DNA of 63,825 nucleotides, filler included, from Ministeria vibrans ATCC 50519 (GCA_943704425.1; 7 parts of 7 records of this genome joined end to end with filler, not necessarily neighbours in it); one strand, 5' to 3'; shown: positions 11,701-24,380, counted from the first letter of the whole stretch. Notes: generated by a model from the letters alone, not told the origin. Numbers and translations: made by a program.

Positions 11701-14700
11701 GCGACAGTTCACAACTAGCGCCACCCGTGCCGAATCCACACGGCGTCTGAGTGCACGCCAGTCCGCCAATGCGCTGGCTACACGCTGAGACGTGCGGCGA
11801 CAGCGAGCACTCACCCGGCTCGTACACACCCGCGCCGGCCGGGTAGTAGCACGCCGTCGTCTTGGTCATCGTCACCACACCAATTGAAAACGCCACAATG
11901 TCAAACACACCAGCCTGAGCCGTAACAGTCGAGATGCTGCTCCAGAGCGCTCCGTCCGACAGGGCACCATAAAATGCAGTGGAGGTCGCCACAAACTTGG
12001 TGAGTTCGCCAGGCGCACTCGCCGTCAGACCACTGGCTCCCCACACACGCGTGATGCTATCCTCGCAGACAGCAGCAAATCCAAGTGGGTGCGCATGAAT
12101 GAGCTCAACACCCTTGGTCAATTGCACTTCCAGCGTGCCCATATCACCACCTAGACTACCGCTGCCCCACGAGACGACACCACCGTTCTCGTTGAGTGCC
12201 GCAAAAGCACCCTTCGACGCATGCAGCGACACAACGCCCACCAGGAGAGAGTTCTTTTTGGAGGCGGGCACCTCACCACCGTGCGCAGCACTACCCCACA
12301 CAAACACCCGTCCGTCGTCACGCAACGCTGCAAACGCACCGCGAGTCGCCGCCACATCGACAATGCGCTCGCTGAGGAAACCCTTGAGATAAGAAGGAAC
12401 CTCATTGCCATCACCCGCAACACTAAATGTCACAACCTGGCCAGAGAGGTGGAGAGCACAAAAGGCGCCAGATGTCGCAACAACCTTGCGGTAACCCGAA
12501 TGTGGGACGGCGTCTTCAATTGGGAAGATGATCCCACGGCGATTGCGGCTGTGGACCGTCTCTGTGTCAACGTTGCGCGAGAAAAGACCATCGTGAGGAA
12601 TCCTAGCGACGGTGGCACGTTGCTCAGGCTCTTCGGTGTCACGACGGCCCCATCCTCCCCACAGACTCGGTCGAGAGCACGTCACGCCCGAATAGTTCGG
12701 CGGACAAGTGCAAGTGAACCGACCTATTTTTCCTTCGCGGCATCCGCCACCGTTTCGGCACGGGCTGCTGGAACATTCGTCGAGGTTGTTCGCACACGTA
12801 GGACCGTTGAATCCGAAATCGCAGTTACAGAAGTGGCCGTTCACTTGATCAAAACATGTCCCGGTCGAGGCACAGGGGTTGGGCGAGCAGTCATCGATGT
12901 TGGTCTGACACAGTGAACCGGTATACCCAACGACACAGCCACATGTGAACATGTTAATGCCGTCATGGCAGGTCCCGCCGTTCTTGCATGGGAACGACGC
13001 ACACTCGTTGATGTTGGTCGCGCAATGAGCTCCAGCGTAGCCCGCAAGACAGTTGCACTTGTATCCGTTGACTTGGTCGACACACGTATCACCCGACTGG
13101 CACGGGTTACTCGCACACTCGTTGATGTTCGTCTCGCACAAGTCACCAGTGTAGCCAGTGATACAGGTGCACACAAACCTATTAACCAGATCGGCACACG
13201 TACCGCCGTTCTGACACGGCGACGACACACACTCAACGTACTCTTCGCAGTGTGTTCCCGAGAACCCATAAACACACTGGCACTCATATTTGTTGACAAG
13301 GTCATTGCACGTCGCACCATTCTTGCAAGGATTCGAGGAACACTCTAGCAGCTCAGAGGCACATGTGATACCGGTGTATCCAGGTGTACAGTAACATTTG
13401 AAAATAGCGAATCCGTCGAAGCACGCCGCGCCATGCTTGCACGGATTCGAGGCACACTCGTTGACGTCATTGCCACAGCGGGCGCCCTTCCATCCTGAAG
13501 CACAATCGCACACAAAACCGTTAAGATAATCGTAACAGGTGCCACCATTCAGGCAGGGGTTCGACGCGCAATCGTCGATGTTTGTTTCGCAATGCATGCC
13601 GGTGTGGCCGGCACCACAGTCGCATGCGTACGAGCCGTGGCTGTCAACGCACGTGCCACCATTGACACACGGTGCCTTCCGGCACTCGTCAATATTGCGC
13701 TCGCACAGGTTCCCTTCGAACCCAGTCGAACAGAAACAGTTAAAGGCGTTGGGAGTCGACAAGACGGCACACGAGCCGCCGTTCTGGCATGGCAGACTCG
13801 TGCACTCGTCGGTCCCGTCCACGTTCCAGATGTACGGCGCTCCCGACGAAGTGAGTGCCACAAACGACTCGTCAGTTGTGGTGACGTGCACCACATCGGA
13901 GTAGAGGGTGAGGTCCTTTTTAAATGAACCACCCGACTGCTTGATGACGAGCACCTGATTGACACCGGTCGTGTCGATGAGGACCACGTAGTACTCTTTG
14001 CCCAGGAACACACCAAGGATGCTGGTTGTGGCGGATCCCGGCACACTCGATGCCAACGAACCCCACGACTGGAAGCCTCCGTCGCTGAACACTGCGACGC
14101 TGTAGTCGTAACGTGGGTCTGAAAAGAGCGCAGTCGCATCGTTGGCTAGGTTCACTTTGGAGATAGCACCTGCGGTATTGACACGGTGTACGTCTCCGTT
14201 GAGGCTGAGGATGTTGCCAAATGCAGTGTTGGCTGAAATCGACGAGACGCTATGCGTCACGGCAGCGTTGCGTGCGGTTGTTGAAAGACGTGACCCGGCG
14301 TATGAACTGATCGTCGCCAGGCGCTGGAAGGCCGGCACTGCGTCCGTCTTCTGCAAGTAGCACTTGGACTGTTTCACGTCAAACGTCCATGCCTTGCACG
14401 TCTCGTCAAAGTCACACTTCTCCGCACAGGCATCCAACGTGGTCGCGCTGGCGACAAGCGTCGACGCCTCAAGTGCAACTGAATCGGCGTGAGTCGTGCT
14501 CTTGGACGGCTCCTGTACACACATGGCGTCGCCGTACAGCTGGTAGCCAAAGGCACTGCAGCCCGAGGTGACACCGGTGCGCTGCCAAAAGGGCACAGTT
14601 GTGGCAGCTGACGGGACTGTCGCAATGGTGTAGCAGGTATTGGCACGGTAAGACCAACCAACACACGAGCGCGCCATCGATTCGCACTTGGCCTCACACG

Positions 14701-17607
14701 TCTTCCACGACACTGATTGCGCAGCGCTTGTAGACGCGAGCAGCGCTGTCGTCATGAGGCTTGGCTCGGCATTCTCATGGTACACCTTGGCGTTGCAACG
14801 GTCACCGGCGTAGCCCGGAGCGCATCGCTGGCACTCGATGGGATGGCTCGCCCACGACGGGGTTGAGCAGCCAGACTCGGCCTTAGAGGTACGTGTCGCG
14901 CTTCCTTGCCACGACGCCGTCGAGAACAGAGCGCAGGGGTAGCCCTTGGGAAAGCACGAGGGGCAGTAGGACCACGCGGTGCATTCGCTCGTTGCTTTGG
15001 CACACAAGTCGGAACACGCTGCGGCTGAGGCGGCCGGTGCGCGCAGGTTGGCGTCGGTGGCCGGCGTAAAAGACGTCTTGAGCAGCGTGTGCGGTGTGGT
15101 GCAGCTCGGGGAGTCGGTGAAGCCCGGCGGACACGCCGCCTTGAGCCCACAGAACGCGGCGTGTCGTTTGTCCGCGGCAAAGATGCGCGAGCAGCCGGAT
15201 TCAACGCCCGCCTCGTACACAATGCCACCCGAGTGGGTCCACACAGCGTCGCGCTGCACAAGACAAGCGCCGCCAACGGGGTAGCTCCAGGCAGTGCACG
15301 TCGCCGTGTTGTCACAGAGTGTGGCACACGCCTCGGCACTCGCGGCCACCACAGTTGTGGTGGCCGTCGACCCGGAGTACGTTGTGTTCTTATGCATTGT
15401 GCGTGTCGCACACTGCACTCCCGTCCAGCCAGGCAGACAGCCCTTTTGCGCACACGCGGTCGGCGACCGAGCATCTGAACAACCCGACTGCGATCCCTCC
15501 GAGAACTCCGATCGGTACTCGTCACCGACCTGCAGGCGACAACGGTAGCCAGCAACCACGCCCTTGGCCAGGTAGGTCCAACCAAAGCAGTTGACAATGC
15601 CGTCACACTCGGTTTGGCACGCAGCCACATCAGCTGCGTCGCTCGTCACAAACAGGTCACCGACAAACGCCGTGTCTGCATGCGGGGTCACTTTGCTGCG
15701 ACGCATCTCGGGTTTTACCTCGAGCAACTCGACTGGAACTGCATCACGCTTCGCCAGTGTCTTGGCGGCGCTGTTCTGCACAAAAGACTCGGTATGCGGC
15801 ATGGCATGGAACGCATGAGTGACGCCCTCGCCGAGCGTCGTGGGCCAGGGTGCGTCTGCGCTGTAGACACGATCGGCAGTCGATGCATCACGGCGTGCCT
15901 GTGAAGTAATGTTGTCTTCCGACGCGCCAACACGCATGGGAATCTGCACCATGCCCCGCACAGGCGCAGTGGTTGCGTCGTAGAACGTAAGCGTGTGAGT
16001 AAAGTCGAGGTGCTCCATTTCGATCAGGCGGGTGCTGCAGAATTGGCCATCCTTGCACTTGAAGATGTGGTCGATGCCTTGTGTGTTCTTGCTGACTGTG
16101 ATGTGCACGATATACTTGGAGCTCAGGAGACAAGGGTTGTTGACATGGAAGACTGTAAGACCAACCACGTCGGTAAGTTTGTTCGCCTCGCCCTTGCTCG
16201 TCGTTGCTCCGTTGCAGACTGCCGTCTTAATCTCCCATTTGACTTTTACGTCTTCGACTGGTCGCCCACCACGCACCGTCACCACTTCAACGCTGAGTTT
16301 GGAGTCAAAGTGCACGGTCCACGGAACGCGACTGTGAAGTAAAACAGATCCAATTAGATTAGAAAAGAGTGTTTCGAAATGAAGTTAGTTGCTACCTCTC
16401 TTTGGACTGGTAGTGCAAGACAGCGTTGCCACCAAAAACAGTGTAGTAGTAGGTGGATCCAAGAACAAGTTGACTGCCAACAAGGTCATCAGTGATGTCC
16501 GCGGGGGCAATGGGGTCGGCGCACGAGCTCTGGGGCAGCTCGAGTGTGTTGGAAAAGCGCAACAGAGGTCCTGTTAGGCTCTCCTGGCGAGTGAGCTCGT
16601 AGTCGGTAGCGCACAACGAGTTGATGGTCCACGAGAAGTAGATTTTGCCGCCTTCTTGACGGACAACAAAGTTCGTAGGGGAGTCTTGAACTGGGGAAGA
16701 ATCGTGTCAGGAAGGGATGTTCGGCAGTGTCGATACGTACTCTCTTCGGGGGCCAGTCTTCCCTGGTAGTCGGGGTTGGATGAGTTGCACAGGCGCGACT
16801 GTGTGCTGCAGCCACACGGCATCGTCAACAGAAGCTAACAGATAGACAGTACAAGTGAAGTGAGTGGAATAAAAAACAAGCCTGCATATTGGTTTTATTT
16901 TGGTAGCTCTCGTACGTAGACAGAGCTCTTAAAGTAAACATCGAATTGATCGCCGGCGCCCACGGCACCCTGAATGATGCCGAGTGTTGCAGCGGAAGCG
17001 CCGCCAATATTGAGGGCCTTGGCATCGGAGGAGGACTGGCGCTCAACGTGAGCGCCTGAAACCTTTGGGATTACCTTCCAGTCGCCACTCACCGAAGCGG
17101 TAAGCGTGCCAATAACAGCATTCTGTTCGCACTGGAAATGCAGTATCATGGGATGGCAGCCCACTGCGCTGAAAGTGTTATCCTTGCAAATGCACGCCTT
17201 GCGGTCGGGCGACGGACTCAAAGTGAGGGTTTTGTGGCAGTTGAAGCAAATCTGAAACGTAATAACAAATAAATTGATTTATTACAATAATAATAATAAT
17301 AATAATAATTCCATAAGAATTATATCTTCTCATTATCATTTCTTGTTTTTGTCATGATCGGTATACCTTTGAACCCTTTTGGGGCTGGTACATGTCTACA
17401 GTACCACAAAAAGCAACATTAGTACAGGTGTAGTTTCAACTCTGACGCGACGGTCGCACATGGCGTACTGTCGGGGCACTCTGTGCAGGTACGCAGGGGT
17501 CGAGACCATTTGGAAGACCGAAAGGAATACCTTCCGGCGATACAGTCTTTGCACTTTGACTGGCCTTTCTTATCCTGATACTTTCCGCTGCCACATAAGA
17601 CGGGGGT
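5760..17607 (-). CDS. Giant membrane-anchored cell-surface protein (>3,500 aa): Cys-rich GCC2/3-like unit, 8 PAN/Apple-like modules, RCC1-like repeats, 10 Notch-type EGF repeats, RDPPG module, Ig-like region and C-terminal TM helix. True first exon or signal peptide not found.
   Basis: Exon 16331-7763 is joined by the 74-nt GT-AG intron 7762-7689 to exon 7688-5760, restoring ...GDQFDVL/IFYDPMFNTPVFFTLSGRSMC. PAN pattern C-x3-C-x(5-6)-C-x2-W occurs 8 times; EGF repeats at 13813-12677; FAALRDDGRVFVWG-type repeats; TM LLIVCTMIVLACVLALVV. Smaller upstream exons reach 17607. Confidence 0.85.
7716..7743 (+). repeat. Interstitial telomeric repeat (TTAGGG)4.7 inside the 74-nt intron of the giant gene
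   Basis: ttagggttagggttagggttagggttag. Confidence 0.95.
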
Positions 17608-17647
17608 CTGCAAAGGAACATGATTGGGAACGAGAGAATGAAACAGG

Positions 17648-17815
<168 letters not shown>

Positions 17816-17849
17816 AGAGGGAGAAACAAAATGTACGTGTGATTCGTAC

Positions 17850-20206
17850 AGGTGCGCGCAAGAGATGGGAGAGAGAGCCAAGACGGAAACGCTCACGGTC
17901 CTCCATGCTGATAGACAAGGACGGCGCAGGCTTTTCTGAGAGTAGCAGCTTCTTTGCATGATCATACAACGGAGTGCCTAATAAAAACAGTATTAGTTTC
18001 AGTATGATTTTTTTAACTGGCTCTCTCTCTTAATGTTTCCTCTCATTCTTCTCATTCCATAATGACGCTCTTTCACTCTCTTCTCTCACTCTCGTCGCTA
18101 CATACCTTTAGTGCCTTGAAGAAGAAGGGCGCGCAAAAACCGAGCGCGGTCGCGAATGTCGTAGTTGAGATCGTACTTGGCGACATTGAGCACATACTGG
18201 AACAGCATTTTCGTCTGCTTCTTGTTCGTCATGTACAGCTTGGCGCCCAGATTGAGAACCTACGAAATAGGCCAGTGTTTGTTGCGACGGGGTTGATGGT
18301 TTGTTCTCGTTAAGCGTGTGCGTGCGTACCTGCAACTTGACAATGTCTTCCTCGGTGGCAAATGACTTGCAGGTGACCCGCAGCACGTCCGGCGCAACTT
18401 TGGGCACACGCGCCGAGTACTCGCCAATAAGCCACAGGATCGACGCACGAGCCATCGGCACAGCAATCTAAGCATAATAATAATATTAATAATTATTAAT
18501 ATTAGTAATAAAATAATATTATTAGATCATACCTTGTCGAGAGACTTTGCAAGGGACGCAATCATATCATCGTGTTCAGTGGGGCGCAGCTGGAGCAGTT
18601 TCTTGATGATGACAACGGCCTCGGCAACAATGTCTTCATTGCGGTTGTGCACCAGTGCCATTAGACCCGACAGGCAGTTCTCCGTCACTACAGTACATTA
18701 ATTTTGGCAAAAAATGAATTTACAATCATCTTGGTTTCGCTGCACCCACGACTCATATGGGTCTTTGAAGATTTTCACATTCAATCCCATACAAATTGTT
18801 TCCCGTTAATACATTCTCTTTGTCACTGCTCACTCTCATGTCTATCCCATTTTCAAAAATACAACTCCATACGATTTTCACCTTCAATCTCTCCCATTTC
18901 ATACACACACACATGCACCCACACACACACTTTCGATCTCATGCGGTTTCTCGTTGATTCATTCTCTCCCACTCTCTCCCATTCACGCTTCTTCTTCATA
19001 CGTACGCACAGAACGATACTCCACACTACTATTGCTTTATGATACCTTCTGGGATGGCGGAAGCACATCGGCCAATGGCCTGGATGGTTGCTGTGGCAAA
19101 TTGCTTGTGCGGCGACAGCACGTACGTCTGGAACTCCTTGAGAATAGTGGAAATGTTCACTTCCGTTGCCACATTCGTCATCACCTGAAAGAAAATGACA
19201 CACACACACACAAGCAATTAGTATCCTTTTAATACGCGCACAATTATAGTCACTACGTGTGTGACTTACTTCAATCTTGAGGAGCATGACAAAGAGAGGA
19301 TCAGTGCTCTTGACAAAAAATGACTTGAGGTGGGGCGAGAACATGCCCGGACGACGCGCACTCATAGTCGCAATCGCCTGCAGAATCACATACTGCGTCT
19401 CACGACTGCCACGCAACACTCGTACAAGCGCCTTTCCCACCTGATAAGGCAAAAATGAAAAAGAAAAAAAAAAAGAGAATGTGAGTGGGCGAGCTTCATG
19501 TGCATGATCCATTTGATATACTTGAATCGCCTCGGCACGGGGCGCCAAGTAGTGGAACACCTCAGCGACAGTGAGCACTACACCCGAATTGCGGCTCTGA
19601 AGAAGCGACTGGCACGAGCGCAGCAGAAGACGGTGGTCAGGATCCATCTCATACGCCTTCTTCTTCTACATAGAACAGACAAGAGAGGAAGGAGAAATAA
19701 ACAAAGCGATAGAGAGAGAAAAACAAAGTGATAGAGATAGAGAAGAAAGAAAAAAGAAATGAAAAAGAAAAAAAGTGATCCAGAGACAGCATAATGAGTG
19801 TTACCTTCTTCTTCGATGCGTCTTCGTCATCGCTGTCCTCATCACTGCTACTGCTCTCCTCATCGTCGTCATCCTCATCATCGTCCGAGTAAAAGGCCTT
19901 CTCGGCGTCGTCTGCGTCGTCTGCGTCTGCATTTGGGTTGATAAACTGTGTGCGCGCATAGCGGATCAGCATGTTCAGCACCACCATCTGGCCCCATTCG
20001 TCAATGTCAATCAGCACAGTACACAGCTTCTTGTACTGCAAAATATGGAGAGGGTGTGTCAGACGGGATTGTACGCGCCATCATGGTACGTGTTTGTGGA
20101 TGAGATCAAGGCGGTCCGGGCAAATCTCCTCAAAAGCCATCACTGCACTGCCCAGCACGAGCGTCGACGAGTCCTCCAACAGTTTGCCCAGCAAGTCAAT
20201 CAAGTT
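17850..20206 (-). CDS. AP3B: AP-3 complex beta subunit, internal trunk fragment; N- and C-termini missing
   Basis: [52 protein letters not shown], acidic insert, [53 protein letters not shown]. Confidence 0.93.
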
Positions 20207-20285
20207 CTATAAAATACATGTTCGTTTATTCTTTCTTCTTCCTTTCAATTGTTCTCTATCAAAATAATTGTTTCTTTCTCTCTCT

Positions 20286-20303
20286 CTATCACTTTGTCAC
20301 TTT

Positions 20304-20378
<75 letters not shown>
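20286..20378 (+). repeat. CTATCACTTTGT plus (CT)n microsatellite; probable chimeric junction between AP3B and ABCE1
   Basis: Splice acceptors point outward on both sides, with no first exon in between. Confidence 0.85.
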
Positions 20379-20381
<3 letters not shown>

Positions 20382-20475
20382 ATTATATATATATCTTCCC
20401 CCCCTCTCTATTCTCCCCTCTCTCTCCCTCTGTTTATTTCACTTTGTTTCTATTCTTGGTCTCACTTTTGCTTAG

Positions 20476-21427
20476 GCTCGTTTGAGCTGACCATTGAGGA
20501 AGGTGAGTTTACCGACTCTGAGATTATTGTGATGCTGGGCGAGAATGGCACAGGCAAGACCACCTTCATCCGCATGCTTGCGGGTCTGCTCAAGGTATAC
20601 AACGTTGGCGCTCGAGTCAATGCATCTTTATTCGTTTTTCGTTCTCCTCCTTCTCACACACTCGCACCCCTGTTCTCCGTTTTAGCCCGACTCTGAAGAG
20701 GTCATTCCCGAGCTCAAAGTCAGCTACAAGCCGCAGAAAATCAGTCCCAAGTTTGAGGGCACCGTGCGCCTGCTCTTCCACAAGCGCATTACAAACGCCT
20801 ACACGCATCCACAGTTCGTCTCCGACGTCGTCAAACCGCTCGAAGTTGAGCGCCTTCTCGACCTTACCGTCAAGAATCTTTCTGGTGGCGAACTCCAGCG
20901 TGTCGCCATGTGTCTTTGTCTTGGCACTCCTGCCGACATTTACCTCAGTGCGTATTCCAAAAGGTCGTCTCTCCAATAACTCACACACCTTCGGAATTCT
21001 ATGAACGTAGTTGACGAACCGTCCGCTTACCTTGATGTCGAGCAGCGTATCTCCTGCGCCAAAGTCATCAAGCGGTACGTATCCCCAGTCACAATGACTT
21101 TTTGTCTCTCACACGTTGTACTTAATTCTGACCATTTGCTTCAGATTCATCCTGCACGCCAAGAAGACGGCGTTCATTGTGGAGCACGACTTCATCATGG
21201 CCACGTACCTGGCCGACCGCGTTATCGTCTTTGACGGCCAGCCCGCTATCAAAACGTGCGCGCGCACCCCATGCTCGCTCCTCGGTGGCATGAATATCTT
21301 CCTCAAGAACCTTGACATCACATTCCGCCGCGATCCCACCAACTTCCGCCCCCGCATCAACAAACTCGAATCGGTCAAGGACCGTGAGCAGAAGGTTGCT
21401 GGCAACTACTTTTTCCTGGAGGACTGA
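20476..21427 (+). CDS. ABCE1: ABCE1/Rli1 ribosome-recycling ATPase, second NBD only; 5' half missing
   Basis: [90 protein letters not shown]. Confidence 0.96.
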
Positions 21428-21488
21428 TCCGTTGTAGAGAAGTGTGACTTGCAATGATATGTCTGTGCGCGTGTGTGTGTGTGTGACT

Positions 21489-21525
<37 letters not shown>

Positions 21526-23308
21526 ACTGGGTGTGTCACGGAGTGTGGGAGAGACACCAAGCTAGAGTGGGAAATAGGAGAGGAGAATAAAAGCAACGAG
21601 GCCACGATTCTCACTTGGTCGAACTTTTGGTTTGTATGTGGGTGACGACGAAAGCTCACAACGAGTACTTAGAAACCTGTGTGAAACACAAGTGTGCTCA
21701 GCACATCAAAACGCACTTTTGAGGGGACGGAATGAATTGCCCTATACAAACCAGCGTTTCTCCACGCAACATTTCTCTACGATTACAGTCCGATGCGTCG
21801 CCATCATGCTAGATTCACCCATCGTAAAGCCCAGAGAAGGATAAACGCCCGATTTCACACGAAGTGAGTGAGTGAGTATCTTAACGAAACCTTATCGTTC
21901 TCTGAATTCCCTTCGACCCCACTCTGTTCATTGATCAGCCACTCAGCCCATGGCAAGTTGACAAATTGGCTTTTGACAACCATGTAAGCATGAATGAAGC
22001 CCCAAAGACCAGTCGCCATTTGGTCGTGTCTCAATAGTTGACGTCACCAAATTGCGCTGCATTTTGCCTCCCATTCATGCAGAGCACCGCGCCGCTCAAC
22101 GTTGCTCGCCCGCCAGAACCCTCTCCCCTTCCCCTACCCCAACCTGCTAGGTAAAGGTGAATAAACGAGTGCCGGTTGGATGGAAGTGCAGGTGAGAACT
22201 AAGAAGGTGCATTCCTTTTGTACGTCGACGTCACAGAATTCAATTCGGCGGTCGAATTCCTCCGCTTCTTCCAAAATTTGGATTCAAATTTCATGTATTA
22301 TTTAGTATTTCAATATTGTTTCTTCTTCTCTCTCCCTCAGCTTGCTCTCAACTGCCCACACACGTGTATTGACTTTTGTACGTGTGTGAATTGAGACTTC
22401 TGTGAGAAGTGAGTCCTTGAAAAACGAACAGTCGTCACACTCAAGATCCTCACCGAAACAACATGAAGTGGGCCTTCCCAATCGTGGGATTGACCGCCAT
22501 GCTACTTGGTAAGCTCTTTTATTCTTCATGCTTCCCATCACTTGCGTTGCGCAGCCCCTCAATTCTAGTGGAACCTTAAAATATGCGTTTCCAATTGCAA
22601 ATGACGCGAGCAGCGTTTTCGCTCTGATTCGCACCCACAGCCACTCCTGCTGGCTGCAATTAGCACCATATCCCTTGGATTTGTTTACCAAAGTGCTTTC
22701 AAGCGCCCCGTGTGCAAACTCCACCTCTGTAACCGCAGTGCAGAGGGAAAGTTTTTTTTTGTTTTTTTGTATTCGTGACGTCCTTATCGCGAGGCAAACC
22801 TTTTCAGACCCGCTCGAGAATTCGCCACGTGCACGCTAGCCTCTCCTGCCCCTCCTCCACTTGTTGCATGTTGCTCATCGCATAAAGTCCGAATGTAAAC
22901 AGGCGGCGGATGTGATCCACGAGTCGCTCCATTCTTTACAATGTTGGAATTCAACATTCTTTGTGTGAAATACTTTGGCGGAATCTTTTCCACCGCCATT
23001 CCAGCACGATTGGCTGAGAGCCCCGCCTTACTCTGCAGCTGATTGCAGGTGGATATTGTGTACATTGTATGGACTCTCTGCCAATCGTGTGGGGTTTCTC
23101 GTCAGTTATTTGTGCATTGCTGTTGAATTAATTGCACATTGCAGAGCCTTCGGGAAAAAAAGGTATTTGAGTCATACGGCTCAGGCCTCAGCGCCTTCCC
23201 CCGCCCCCTACCGATTGTATCGCCCTACCGATTGTATCGCAACACTTTTTTCCGTCGAAAGGTACAAAACGCTCAACATTACACGAAAGACAACGACTCA
23301 CTTTTCTC

Positions 23309-23408
23309 NNNNNNNNNNNNNNNNNNNNNNNNNNNNNNNNNNNNNNNNNNNNTTAATTAATTAANNNNNNNNNNNNNNNNNNNNNNNNNNNNNNNNNNNN
23401 NNNNNNNN
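23309..23408. other. Artificial contig linker
   Basis: N44-TTAATTAATTAA-N44. Confidence 0.97.
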
Positions 23409-23430
23409 AAAAAAAAAAAAAAAAAAAAAA

Positions 23431-23642
23431 GTAGCGCAGCGCTTAGGCTGGTTCTGTAGAGTGGATATCGCTGTATGTGTAGAGGAGAGGAAGAGCGGCT
23501 GACCTTGACCCCAGTTGAGCGGGACTCCCCAGGCGTTGCTGATGAGACCCGTGAAGGAGACATCGACATGCTCAAGAGGGACCGCCTGAAGCACAGCAAC
23601 GAGCACCGCCACCAGCGCAATCACGTTGTATGGCAATCGCAT
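23431..23642 (-). CDS. First exon of a secreted protein, cut off at the contig end
   Basis: ATG at 23642 followed by a signal-peptide-like MRLPYNVIALVAVLVAVLQA. Family not recognised. Confidence 0.5.
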
Positions 23643-23781
23643 GGTGTTGAGCGCGTGGGTCGGTAAATGAAAGTGATGTTATAGGTTATCAGTGATTACT
23701 TATTACTTATTTGAGTTATTAGAATTTAGAAGAATTTTCAGTTTGTTTTGTCACAGGCGGCTGTCCATCGATATTCACTAC

Positions 23782-24380
23782 ATGGAACGTCGACCGAAAG
23801 AGGCAAAGCCCATTCTGTTTTACAGTCACATTCGTGGTGCTTGTGCCGCCTTTTCAAATTTTGCGTAACAGTTGACAGTCGACCAAAAGCTTACTATACC
23901 ATTCATTGTGCTCACGTTCGTTCCTATCCGCCTCTTGATCTGTAGAGAATATCCTATTGTGGACGAGAACGGGCGACAATGGCGGACAACGGAGCATTAG
24001 TGCGCGATTTCGTAACCACTCAACTCAACCCACAATTTTTCTTTTCTTTTAGTTTCCAAGCGCAAAAGTGTCAGGACACAGATTTCTACGACTTGATATG
24101 GAGAGCCGCAACGCCTGGTAAGGCAAAGAAGCTAGGACGATCTTGTCCTCTACGAGATGATTGGAACGAAGTGCGGCTGGATGTGATGCGCGACGCACTG
24201 CGGATGAAGTTCACCCAACACAGCGAACTACGCGACCTGCTGCTGAGTACGCACAACAAGCCGCTGGTGGAGCACACCCACAACGACCATGTGTGGGCCG
24301 ACGGTGGCGACGGCTCAGGACAAAATTTGCTGGGACAGCTCCTCATGGAGGTTCGCGAGGAGCTTCGCCGCACTCCATGA
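23782..24380 (+). CDS. NADAR/YbiA-family N-glycosidase, 3 exons
   Basis: ILFYS..FSNFA/EYPI..WRTTEHY/FQAQK..AKKLGR..LRDDWNEVRLDVMRDALRMKFTQH..LVEHTHNDHVWADGGDGSGQNLLGQLLMEVR. Confidence 0.93.

Noticed and set aside
7643-16315. Giant EGF protein as a Notch or Delta/Jagged orthologue
   Set aside because: No LNR, ankyrin or DSL domains, and the cytoplasmic tail is only about 47 aa.
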